64,000 nt of DNA from Thermoplasmatota archaeon (lineage in GTDB: Archaea > Thermoplasmatota > Penumbrarchaeia > Penumbrarchaeales > Penumbrarchaeaceae). The stretch spans positions 1-64,000 of the forward strand of contig JARVGK010000014.1 of the NCBI GenBank assembly GCA_029762535.1, given 5' to 3'. Under the pieces are notes generated by a model. The model worked only from the letters and a program-made list of their open reading frames with translations, ran no database searches and was not told the DNA's origin. This document shows, one piece after another, positions 11,101 to 19,375 of the stretch (position 1 is the first letter of the stretch; the number at the start of each line of letters is the position of its first letter). The translations under genes and the position numbers were made by a program.

Positions 11101-11418
11101 GAGCGCCTCATCGCCGGGGTGGATCGGGTCCGGGTATTCGACGATCATCCCGACATCGGACATGTTCCTCGATACGTTGTCGGAGACCTTTGCCTTCAGG
11201 CCGTCGCCTATGGACAGGGATGCCAGGATGACCGCGATGACTAGGGCGGATGTGAGGGAGATATAAAGGACCCCCTCCCTCCTCCTGAGGGAGGATATCA
11301 GTCCGAGCCGAATATATGCGACCCTCTTATGCGTGATGGCAAGGGCCGATGTGAGAGCGGCCAGTGCCAGGGCCATGATCGCCGCGGATGCCATAAGGGG
11401 GATCCCCTCAGCGGCCAT
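8131..11418 (-). CDS. Large FtsX/MacB-type ABC transporter permease (duplicated architecture)
   Basis: Two sets of TM bundle plus large extracytoplasmic loop. FtsX-like motifs R..E...RAIGLKRR and RERTTDIHLLHSMGLKKRRI...LVLEN. Confidence 0.85.
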   Translation of the reverse strand: MAAEGIPLMASAAIMALALAALTSALAITHKRVAYIRLGLISSLRRREGVLYISLTSALVIAVILASLSIGDGLKAKVSDNVSRNMSDVGMIVEYPDPIHPGDEALERLTEGGIHAALILEGSARSASASARIRVIGAKGTVRDLLPLDGADGEFPTGASAYINLKASDRLALSSGDSLELKLPLPHPRTIAGISSPSLTLDLPIARVVPDRGLGRFRTDSREEAPPIIILDLDHLSNVMGDPGIVNTFLCRSDLTEPDIVVAFNDAIGPGDLGYTVTDLGGASLIMNEDFMFPRPPFGDPVLAYFVDGIDSDGGSIPYSTMIGSDVPMMGVHVPPVGGAIISNETAFRLGIGPGDKFTIKARTLDPYGNLVPTEIDLTVTGILDVGTLYPLRVLVPPIAGITDRDSCSDWSPSFDVDLNRITDEDIDYWERYRTTPRVIMNFIEARDIFQTPYGSVTGVLVNASEEDAPDLLDRSLKVEDLHSGLTGGGGRIVKAREMALGSDRALSIFPLMFLTFGSTIIIGACLTLLGILRGRYLKRAGEWANARAIGLKRRGLGLVAVLDSVPALALGAGLGIPMGYLLALLLGLMLGGAWSGSVEGYDIPTVLDIDTALFSALSGTLLSGAIVLGISLREAARPPDHNARGEDLSIGDDRPVRFVIPTAGGILALSGIAMLVLTGSAGSNLAVSMLYVFGSAASASGIALLMISLLIVIRDPGPVYLLASANLRRRPGLAPLVTAILALTVAVSISLSSVGAGLEARIDSEAMDYGGGYDHIAELSVTNREAISDSISELSSRGYYASEIYAVGDEGGTCSNINAPYPPRLLGIPHDLRFDLIRWEGSDEEDIWSGLDEYQGSSVPILVDENTLTWIYYEDIGSLFSLTDEKGEEMTMVVVGVLSPSVLTGSFVMSRDLLLHHFPRSARPSILLVKDPPSGGSIDALREALEPLGPDLRSTLDLGRENMRYELGFLSIFNQFLIVGIGAGLISAASFTIARARERTTDIHLLHSMGLKKRRIGSALVLENMLSFTAAVSSALIVGISAAALSPAVDGMDPIRSLTVPLFIAGAVMFTAFIVSISGALIATSGDIRRRRDS

Positions 11419-12061
11419 GGACCGAGAAGATACTGTAATGTATTATAGATTGCTGGTACGGTCGAAAGCTCCTGCACGATTTGGTACGAAAATCACAGCA
11501 AGGTTTGGTATACTGATTTGCATACCTCTGCCCAACGATGACGTGAAATTGACGCTCCGTTGGGCTCGGAACATGCCAATGTAATTGGCAGGTTAGGTGA
11601 AATAACATCAGTTATTTTACGACTATTTCGAAGTCCCGTATCAAAAAGATCTTGACGCAAGGGACTTACGAAAAAACCCGACTATAATTTTCATACTATG
11701 ATGTGATATTCTAGCTTATGAGGGTTTTTTATGGTCTTTTCGACCCATTTTACCGATCTTGTCACATCTCTCAATTTTGACCATACCGTTACAACGACTT
11801 TCCATCAGGAAGGACCCATTGAAATATATAGAGACGAGGTAGGACAGGGAGGTCATCCGCGGGGCGTGTCATAATCTTGATAACATCCGGAACAAGGGAT
11901 GAAGCCTATCACTGGGCTGAAGGATCCCGGGAAAGGAAGATGGGCGTGATCATGGCTAAGTTAAGTGCTGATAACGAGTAATTCGATCCCGATCGAGGGC
12001 AACAAGATAAAAGTTTATAAGGAGGAATTTTAAGAAAAAAACGCTAAATAGTAATGTATAT

Positions 12062-12155
12062 ATAGTGGTTATAAATATATTTTCGATTAGTTTCTTATAG
12101 TCCTATTTCATTTAAATAATCCTCTTTTAAAAACGCATGTTTTTAAAAAGGTATA
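12062..12155 (+). promoter_or_regulatory. Copy A of a 94-bp AT-rich promoter/operator element with palindrome TTTTAAAAAC-GCAT-GTTTTTAAAA next to a TATA box
   Basis: Ungapped match to 22347-22440 (80/94 by hand count, last 31 nt identical). TATAAATA at 12152. Confidence 0.75.
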
Positions 12156-12310
12156 AATATGGTGGATTAAAATATCATTTCTCATGAACGACAAGCGTGA
12201 GAAAAGAAGTAAAAACCACATCAGAGGGGATATTTTCCCGGCTCTGATATGGCAACTATAGTATTGATCTAATTGTCTGACATAAATAAAGAAAACAGAG
12301 GTGTGAAAAC

Positions 12311-13630
12311 ATGAAAAACATAGGTAAAACCTTCGGGACAATGTTCGGTTTGATCGTCATTGTATTGATGATCCTCCCCACATTGGTGAGTGCTGCCATA
12401 GTGAATGAACAAAGGATCGGAGGCTATAATCCTGATCCTGGAGGTCCTATATATGCTGATACAGCAGCCATAGATTCGGTTGGAAATGATGTTGTTGCAG
12501 TATTTTCACAGCAAACCCAACAAGGTGGCTTCTATAATGTGTATATAACAAAATCGGTTAACGGAGGAGGAGCTTGGAGTAACCCCGTTAGAGTGTTCAA
12601 TCAAAACGTGGATCAGCTCAACCCTGATGTGGTTCTGGTAGACATTAACGAAAACTTGGTTGCGTTCATTGTTTGGAAGCAAGGAGGATATCTAAAATCG
12701 AAAGCATTGTATTTATCAAATCTATCATGTTGGGAAATCTATAGTCAAGGTCAACAACCAAAAACATTGACAGATGAAGGCGTCTACAATTATCCAAGGA
12801 TCGCGGGTAAGAATTATTATTCGGACGGACATTATGCATATGTCTTCATTGTATGGGAGGCATACGTTTCCAATCAAAGGTATGAGATACAGATGAAAAC
12901 ATGCCTTTGGGAGGAGAATGCAAATCCCAGCATCAGTTGGAGTGATGTGATCATTGTCGCTCGTGATTTCTCAAGTTACAGCTTGAGACATCCGACTATT
13001 GATTTCGATATCGATGTTGTTATCACATACGATTGTATCAATAGGGGCACCAATATCAATGATGTGAAATTCAAACGATATTTCTTTACTTTTTCATCAC
13101 TATATCCGGAATACAACGATCCTTTCGATCTTGGTGTTTCCATTTTTCCCACCCAATATGATTATTATTATCCCGAGATAACCATCAAATTTGCAGATTA
13201 CCGTGTCGTCGTTGTTGGACAAAAGATCGATGATGTGAATTATATCATCGGCCGTTCTTGCGACTTCAGTCTGGCTTGGGATACCGCCATAAATGTCGGG
13301 AACAGCTCGGTAGCTCCTTCTTTAAGAGGGGTCGCTGTCGATTCAACCGTTCCGGATGAGCGGGATGAACCAAAATTCGATGGAGGTATCAAAGCCATGT
13401 GGGCCAACAATTCAAAGATTACAAGTAGAAAGTTGAAGGTTGTATCCGGGTCCTTGACAGCCTTAGGAACGGAAGATACAGATACTTACGGTTACTACGA
13501 TGGTGAATTAACGCATGTGGCAATATCTTTAACATACGTATATGAAGAAACCATCAGAGAGGTCTTTGGACATCATGTATACATGAACTATCCCGGGAGT
13601 GTTATCTATTACACTGAGAATGGAGATTAG
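12311..13630 (+). CDS. Secreted hypothetical protein with Asp-box/BNR-like motif (probable beta-propeller)
   Basis: GAGGTG RBS, signal peptide, TKSVNGGGAWS Asp-box, beta-rich sequence, AT-rich codon usage. Confidence 0.75.
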   Translation: MKNIGKTFGTMFGLIVIVLMILPTLVSAAIVNEQRIGGYNPDPGGPIYADTAAIDSVGNDVVAVFSQQTQQGGFYNVYITKSVNGGGAWSNPVRVFNQNVDQLNPDVVLVDINENLVAFIVWKQGGYLKSKALYLSNLSCWEIYSQGQQPKTLTDEGVYNYPRIAGKNYYSDGHYAYVFIVWEAYVSNQRYEIQMKTCLWEENANPSISWSDVIIVARDFSSYSLRHPTIDFDIDVVITYDCINRGTNINDVKFKRYFFTFSSLYPEYNDPFDLGVSIFPTQYDYYYPEITIKFADYRVVVVGQKIDDVNYIIGRSCDFSLAWDTAINVGNSSVAPSLRGVAVDSTVPDERDEPKFDGGIKAMWANNSKITSRKLKVVSGSLTALGTEDTDTYGYYDGELTHVAISLTYVYEETIREVFGHHVYMNYPGSVIYYTENGD

Positions 13631-13670
13631 TAAAGATCGTATATGAACATTTGAGGTGTCTTGTAGAAGA

Positions 13671-13704
13671 TATGAAGGTCCCTCGAAACTCGGGGGACTT
13701 CATA
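13671..13704 (+). other. Strong intergenic stem-loop
   Basis: TATGAAG(G)TCCCTCGA-AAC-TCGGGGGACTTCATA: 15-bp stem with one bulge and one G-U pair. Confidence 0.6.
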
Positions 13705-13761
13705 ACATAGGAAGAAGGAATATGCCAGCCATATACCCTTTCAACGAAGGAAAGATAAATA

Positions 13762-16700
13762 ATGGAACATATGATGAGTAACATGAGATCGATGATGGCG
13801 GTCAAAATCAGTGTGGTCGCCATCATCCTTTTTTTCTCTTTTTTTAGCATTTACCCTAGTGGGGCCCAAGATAATCCCTACACAAAGGGCAGTGGAACAC
13901 ATATCGATCCCTACGTCATAGAGGATGTGTGGGATCTCCAGAATATGACCGATGACTTGAGCACCCACTACGTTCTCGGCAACGATATCAACGCTTCCGA
14001 TACGATCAACTGGAACTCTGGCGCTGGTTTCTATTCGATAGGAAACGCAAACTCACCTTTTACCGGAAGCCTTGACGGGAGGAACCATACCATAACAGGA
14101 TTGTTCATTCACCGCCCCGGAACAGACCATGTTGGTCTATTCGGGTATACTGGATCTGGGGCTACAGTCGAACGGGTGATCCTTGTGGATCACTTTGTTA
14201 AAGGAAGCAGATATGTAGGCGCGATTGTTGGATGGAACGAAGGAGGTGTTGTCTCGGACTGTGTGGCTTCGGGAACAACAATGGTAGATATTCATTATCT
14301 AGGAGGTGTTGTTGGAATTAATCGAGGGGGCATAATATCAAACTGTTCCTATAAGGGGATAGTAGACGGAAAGGCGAATGGCTTACAATCTATTGTCGGG
14401 GGTATAGTAGGATTAAATGAAAATGGCATAATATCGAACTGCGATATGCAGGGTAATATAACCAGTAGAAATTATGCGGGTGGGATCGTCGGGGATAATG
14501 TCAATGGCATGATCTCCAACTGTTATGTGATGGGGAGTGTGAGGGGGAGTCAGGTTGTGGGTGGAATAATTGGAGCCGATGGGGGTACTGTTGAGCATTG
14601 CCAATCCTCAGCTGATGTTAGAGGATCAAGGAACGTCGGTGGTCTTATCGGATGGAAAAGCGGCATTGTGTCCAATTGTTATTCGACTGGAAATGTTAAT
14701 GCAAGCGACCATGGTGCGGGTGGTCTGATAGGAACTTTGGCTCAAGGTATTGTTTCTGACTGTTGGTCAACGGGACATGTATTATCTGGTCGCTATTATG
14801 TAGGAGGTTTGATCGGAAGCAATTATGGTAGAATATCAAATTGTCATTCCTCAGGTAATGTTGTAGGAACCAAGGAGGTCGGAGGATTGGTGGGTAGGAA
14901 CGAAGGTCGGATATCCAACTGTTATTCGACTGGAAATGTCACTGGTAGAATTTCCATTGTAGGTGTTGCAGTTAGTTCTTTAGGTGGTTTGATCGGTTAC
15001 AACGGTGGCAAGGTGTCCAACTCGCATTACAGCATTGAGAGGGTATCGATAAACGGCGGTGAACATCTCACGATTGGGGGGTTATTCGAAGATCAATACC
15101 TGAACTGGTTATCCAACGACCTTACTTTGGATATAACCGATTACGGATCCTCACTGGCGTTAAATGAGGGATATTATCATATCGATAACATTCAAGGAAT
15201 CAGGGATATGCTGGGATTCGTTGATGATGAAGAATACAATTTCCGCTTTTCTTCTGATATTGATCTATCAAGCGCACCGGGTTTATACCTTCCATATTTT
15301 GGAGCATCGGAATTGGATGGCAACAATCATACTATAACCAACTTAAACCTTGATCTTTCATTTGTTTCGAATGTTGGTATGATCGGTTATAATTATGCTG
15401 GAAAAATAAAAAATATCCAGATGGTCAATATCAATGTGTCAGGTTATGAGAATGTCGGTGGATTGTTGGGTTGTAATCACAACGGTGTTGTATCAAATTG
15501 CTTTGCGTCAGGAACCGTTAACGGTGTAAATGATTATACCGGCGGTCTCGTTGGATTAAGTAGCGGTACGATATCCGGTTCTTCTGCTTTTGGAATTGTT
15601 AAAGGAACCGGATCATCTAAAGGTGGTCTTGTAGGTTCGAATAATGGGAGGATATCAGACTCTAATTTCATTGGAAATGTGACCGGTAATGGCGCTTCGG
15701 GTGGATTGGTTGGTTCTAATAGCGCTATTATCTCCAACTGCTATTCCAAAGGGGATGTGAAAGGTGGAAACAATATGGGCGGATTGGTTGGGTCAAATGG
15801 CGGTAGTGTTTCCAATAGCCATTCTGAAAGTAACGTGATGGGAAGATCACCTGTTGGTGGATTAATGGGTTATAACTCAGGTAATGTTATCTTTTGCTAT
15901 GCATCTGGAGAAGTAACAGGTAAAGATTGTGTTGGTGGGCTTATTGGATCTAACATAGGAAGCGTTACAAAATGTTATGCTACCGGTAATGTAAGGGGAT
16001 CTTGGGTAGTGGGCGGGCTCATAGGTTCTAATGGATTATGTATTGTATCCAACTGCTACTCGACTGGGAAAGTTATCAGGATTTCTGGAAATACTACGAA
16101 CTTCGGCGGATTTGTTGGATTAAATGAGGGACAGATAATCAATTCGTATTCAACGGGTAGGGTTATCTACAATGGTAGTAACGATCCCACGGATAAGGGC
16201 TTTGCAGGAAATATATATGAATATGAAGAATACGAGATGAGAGGGAATTTCTGGGATAACGAGACCAGTCTGCAAACGACCACATCCGGTGAAGCTATCG
16301 GAATGAATACGACCATGATGAAGACGAGGAAGACGTTCACTGATGCTGGTTGGGATCTCAGATTTGTCTGGTGCATGATAGAGAAGGTAACATATCCCTT
16401 TCTCAGGTGGCAGGATACGAAGCGTCCCATTGCAGATGCCGGTCCTGATCTGATCGTTGATGAAGGCACTTTTGTAGAATTTGATGGTAGCGGAAGTTAT
16501 GACGATAGGGGTATAGCGGATTATTTATGGAGTTTTATCGATAACAAATCTGTTACGTTGTATGGAGTCAAACCTGCGTATCAGTTTAACAATCCCGGAA
16601 TTTTCATAATCACATTAAATGTCCAGGATGCAGTAGATACTTGGGGATCTGACACCATGACAGTTACTGTTTTGGACATATCCCCGCCATCAGCGAATGC

Positions 16701-17880
16701 TGGTCTTGACCTGATCGTAGATGAAGGAACCATTGTGACATTCAACGGGAATGGATCATATGACAACGTGGGGATCGTCAACTACACATGGACATTTATC
16801 GACAGGGATCCCATCGTCCGCTACGGGATCGATCCCGGCTATCGATTCGATACCCCGGGAGTTTTCATTGTTACATTGAACGTTAGCGATGCCGCTGGTC
16901 ATTGGGCCACCGATACGATGACTGTAACAGTTAGGGACATCACCGCTCCAATAGCAGTTGCCGGTCCAGATCTGACTGTCGATGAGGGAACTGTTGTATA
17001 TTTTGACGGGAGCGGGAGTTTCGACAACGTGGGGATCGTGAACTGGACCTGGACGTTCGTTGACGGGGAAATAATAATGCTCACCGGGATGGATCCCAGC
17101 TATCGGTTCGATACACCGGGAGTTTATACCGTTGTTCTAAACGTCACCGACGCCTCTGGACATTGGGGCGTCGATTCCATGATCGTCACTGTTTTGGATA
17201 TTACGGCACCTAAGGCCGTTGCCGGTTTGAACAGGACCGTGGATGAGGGTACCGTTGTTACCTTCGACGGGAGTGGCAGTTATGATAATGTCGGGATCGC
17301 GAACTACACATGGACGTTCATCGACGGGGATCCCATCGTTCTCTACGGGATCGATCCCAGCTATCGGTTCGATACTCCGGGGGTTTACATTGTTACATTG
17401 AACGTCAGCGATGCTGCTGGACTTTGGGCCATAGATTCATTGACGGTAACGATCAGGGACATCACACCACCTGTAGCTGATGCAGGGGAGGATCAGGCCA
17501 TAGAAGAGGAAGATACGGTCCAATTCGATGGAAGCGGAAGCAACGACAACGTCGGGATCGTCAATTATACCTGGAGCTTCTACGATGGTTCGAGCAGTGT
17601 CATGCTCTATGGGATCTCCCCCTCCCATACCTTCTCGATCTCAGGGATCTATGTCGTCACATTGACGGTGAAGGATGAGGCGGGGAACGAGGGATCCGAT
17701 ACGATGAAGGTAGAGGCCAAGGAGAAAGAAGGAAATGGTATCGTGGACGATCCTATCGATCCTTTGTTGATCATAGGCTCCATCATCTTGCTGGCGGGGA
17801 TCATTATTCTGGTTTTTTTCCTGTTTTTACGTGGGAGGAACAGATCACCGGATGAAGGATCTCGATGGTTGGAAGAATGA
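13762..17880 (+). CDS. Cell-surface protein with GLUG-motif beta-helix regions, five PKD domains and C-terminal TM
   Basis: Many VGGL(I/V)G.N.G.ISNCYSTG.V repeats, five P.A.AG.D..VDEGT...FDGSGS.DNVGI..Y.W units, TM at the C-terminus. Exact start uncertain. Confidence 0.9.
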   Translation: MEHMMSNMRSMMAVKISVVAIILFFSFFSIYPSGAQDNPYTKGSGTHIDPYVIEDVWDLQNMTDDLSTHYVLGNDINASDTINWNSGAGFYSIGNANSPFTGSLDGRNHTITGLFIHRPGTDHVGLFGYTGSGATVERVILVDHFVKGSRYVGAIVGWNEGGVVSDCVASGTTMVDIHYLGGVVGINRGGIISNCSYKGIVDGKANGLQSIVGGIVGLNENGIISNCDMQGNITSRNYAGGIVGDNVNGMISNCYVMGSVRGSQVVGGIIGADGGTVEHCQSSADVRGSRNVGGLIGWKSGIVSNCYSTGNVNASDHGAGGLIGTLAQGIVSDCWSTGHVLSGRYYVGGLIGSNYGRISNCHSSGNVVGTKEVGGLVGRNEGRISNCYSTGNVTGRISIVGVAVSSLGGLIGYNGGKVSNSHYSIERVSINGGEHLTIGGLFEDQYLNWLSNDLTLDITDYGSSLALNEGYYHIDNIQGIRDMLGFVDDEEYNFRFSSDIDLSSAPGLYLPYFGASELDGNNHTITNLNLDLSFVSNVGMIGYNYAGKIKNIQMVNINVSGYENVGGLLGCNHNGVVSNCFASGTVNGVNDYTGGLVGLSSGTISGSSAFGIVKGTGSSKGGLVGSNNGRISDSNFIGNVTGNGASGGLVGSNSAIISNCYSKGDVKGGNNMGGLVGSNGGSVSNSHSESNVMGRSPVGGLMGYNSGNVIFCYASGEVTGKDCVGGLIGSNIGSVTKCYATGNVRGSWVVGGLIGSNGLCIVSNCYSTGKVIRISGNTTNFGGFVGLNEGQIINSYSTGRVIYNGSNDPTDKGFAGNIYEYEEYEMRGNFWDNETSLQTTTSGEAIGMNTTMMKTRKTFTDAGWDLRFVWCMIEKVTYPFLRWQDTKRPIADAGPDLIVDEGTFVEFDGSGSYDDRGIADYLWSFIDNKSVTLYGVKPAYQFNNPGIFIITLNVQDAVDTWGSDTMTVTVLDISPPSANAGLDLIVDEGTIVTFNGNGSYDNVGIVNYTWTFIDRDPIVRYGIDPGYRFDTPGVFIVTLNVSDAAGHWATDTMTVTVRDITAPIAVAGPDLTVDEGTVVYFDGSGSFDNVGIVNWTWTFVDGEIIMLTGMDPSYRFDTPGVYTVVLNVTDASGHWGVDSMIVTVLDITAPKAVAGLNRTVDEGTVVTFDGSGSYDNVGIANYTWTFIDGDPIVLYGIDPSYRFDTPGVYIVTLNVSDAAGLWAIDSLTVTIRDITPPVADAGEDQAIEEEDTVQFDGSGSNDNVGIVNYTWSFYDGSSSVMLYGISPSHTFSISGIYVVTLTVKDEAGNEGSDTMKVEAKEKEGNGIVDDPIDPLLIIGSIILLAGIIILVFFLFLRGRNRSPDEGSRWLEE
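16426..17730 (+). repeat. Five tandem 261-bp PKD-coding repeats
   Basis: Unit starts at 16426, 16687, 16948, 17209 and 17470, an exact 261-nt period. Confidence 0.85.
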
Positions 17881-18060
17881 GATCGAAAACCCTCTTGTAT
17901 TATTCAGCACTGTGTTTTTTGTGGTTCACAAAGACCTCGAACATCTGGGGGGTGGGGAATATGAGCCGGGGGACCAATACCAACCGGATAGTGCTGCTTA
18001 GAAAGCCTGAAGGAGCTTGATAAGGGAAAACCGTAAATAATCACTCTATTCTCATCTCTC

Positions 18061-18876
18061 GTGAACGATGCCTACGAGCGATTGAAAGGGATCCTCTCGC
18101 AGATGGGATCCGCCGTCCTTGCATTCTCCGGAGGGGCGGACAGCACCCTGCTGCTCAGGGCGGCCCTGGACACTTCCGGCTTTGTCGTGGTCCCGGTGAC
18201 CGCCGTGTCCTTGACCTATACGAAGGAGGAGATCGAGGAGGCGCGGCGCCTCGCTTCATCGATGGGATCCGAACTTATCGAGATCGACACCTCGGAGATG
18301 GAGGATCCCTCTTTCTTGAAAAACGGACCGGACCGATGCTATCACTGCAAGAGGGAGCTGTTCTCGCATCTGTTCTCGATAGCCCGCGAGAGGGGGATCG
18401 GACACGTCATTGACGGCTCCAACCTCGATGATATGGACGATCACAGGCCCGGGTTTCGTGCGGCAAAGGAAATGGGCGTGGGGCATCCCCTGCAGGAAGC
18501 GAGGATCACCAAAGCGATGTTAAGGGACATCTCCCGAGATCTGGGCCTCTCCACATGGGACAAGCCGTCGGCGGCTTGCCTCGCGTCGAGGATCCCATAC
18601 GGAAGCGGGATCACCGCCGAGAAGCTCGAGGCGGTGGGGAGAGCGGAGAGCATACTCAAAAGGATGGGTTATAAGCAGGTCCGGGTCCGGCATCACGGCA
18701 ATATCGCCCGCATAGAGGTGGGAAGAGAGGAGATGATGCAGCTAATGGAAATGAGGGAGGAAGTGGTATCCTTCATCAAGGAGCTGGGATTCTCCTATGT
18801 CACGCTCGATATCGAAGGGTTCAGGAGCGGGAGCATGAACGAGGTCCTCGATATCAGGCCCAGCCCCTCTCCTTGA
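18061..18876 (+). CDS. larE: ATP-dependent sulfur transferase LarE
   Basis: PP-loop AFSGGADS, RCYHCK, DGSNLDD..DHRPG, ACLASRIPYG, QVRVRHHG, GFRSGSMN. Confidence 0.93.
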   Translation: MNDAYERLKGILSQMGSAVLAFSGGADSTLLLRAALDTSGFVVVPVTAVSLTYTKEEIEEARRLASSMGSELIEIDTSEMEDPSFLKNGPDRCYHCKRELFSHLFSIARERGIGHVIDGSNLDDMDDHRPGFRAAKEMGVGHPLQEARITKAMLRDISRDLGLSTWDKPSAACLASRIPYGSGITAEKLEAVGRAESILKRMGYKQVRVRHHGNIARIEVGREEMMQLMEMREEVVSFIKELGFSYVTLDIEGFRSGSMNEVLDIRPSPSP

Positions 18877-19264
18877 GGGCGATCCCCAGAGCGAGCATGA
18901 TCATGCTCTCCGGGATCTCCTCGTAGGTTTCTCCGCATGCATCTATCGTCCTGCAATTGGATGATCCGCACACGCCGGAGCAGGGGCTGGATCCGGTAGT
19001 GGCTCCTATCCAGTCCTCTATCCTCTTCCCGTCTATCAGTATCTCGTTCGAGAGGAGAGGGTCCTTCTCGAAGCGCTCTTTGGGGATCTCCTCCTGATGG
19101 AGATCGACCTTGATCCTCTTTGGCTCGAGGAGGGCGTTGACCTTGGCGACGGCGCTTTCAATGTTCTCTCCTGTCGAGGAGCAGCGCCCGCAGGTGGACC
19201 CGTTCTCGACGAGCCTCCTCCACTCGACGATTATCGTGCGATGCATGCGCGGGTCATCGAACAT
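18854..19264 (-). CDS. DUF2703-like Cys-rich thioredoxin-fold protein
   Basis: EWRRLV..G.TCGRCSSTG, SNEILIDG..IEDW, C...CG...CRT......YEEIP. Confidence 0.75.
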   Translation of the reverse strand: MFDDPRMHRTIIVEWRRLVENGSTCGRCSSTGENIESAVAKVNALLEPKRIKVDLHQEEIPKERFEKDPLLSNEILIDGKRIEDWIGATTGSSPCSGVCGSSNCRTIDACGETYEEIPESMIMLALGIALKERGWA

Positions 19265-19375
19265 CTATTATTTATCGTTCATGGAGGTGATCGGCAGGAT
19301 CCATCCAGTGATCTTGAATGTCAAAGAACGATAATAATATATCTTGATGTGAGGATTTATGGTCTGGGGCATCGA

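Noticed and set aside
11530-11598. Integron attC-like ends (GCCCAAC ... GTTGGGC or GTTAGGT)
   Set aside because: The perfect pair spans only 36 bp, the longer pairing has poor L boxes, no cassette ORF ends there, and no second site or integrase is present.
13671-13704. Possible SECIS element (ATGA...AAA hairpin)
   Set aside because: The stem is fully paired without the GA quartet, and no in-frame TGA selenoprotein candidate was seen nearby.
14660-17460. Near-identical repeats as a diversity-generating retroelement TR/VR pair, or as CRISPR
   Set aside because: They are in-frame GLUG/PKD coding repeats, differences are not adenine-specific, and there is no reverse transcriptase, spacer pattern or cas gene.
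19097-19375. N-terminal 93 aa of the 539-aa track ORF
   Set aside because: It overlaps the opposite-strand DUF2703-like gene. Paralog alignment and promoter position support a start at 19376.
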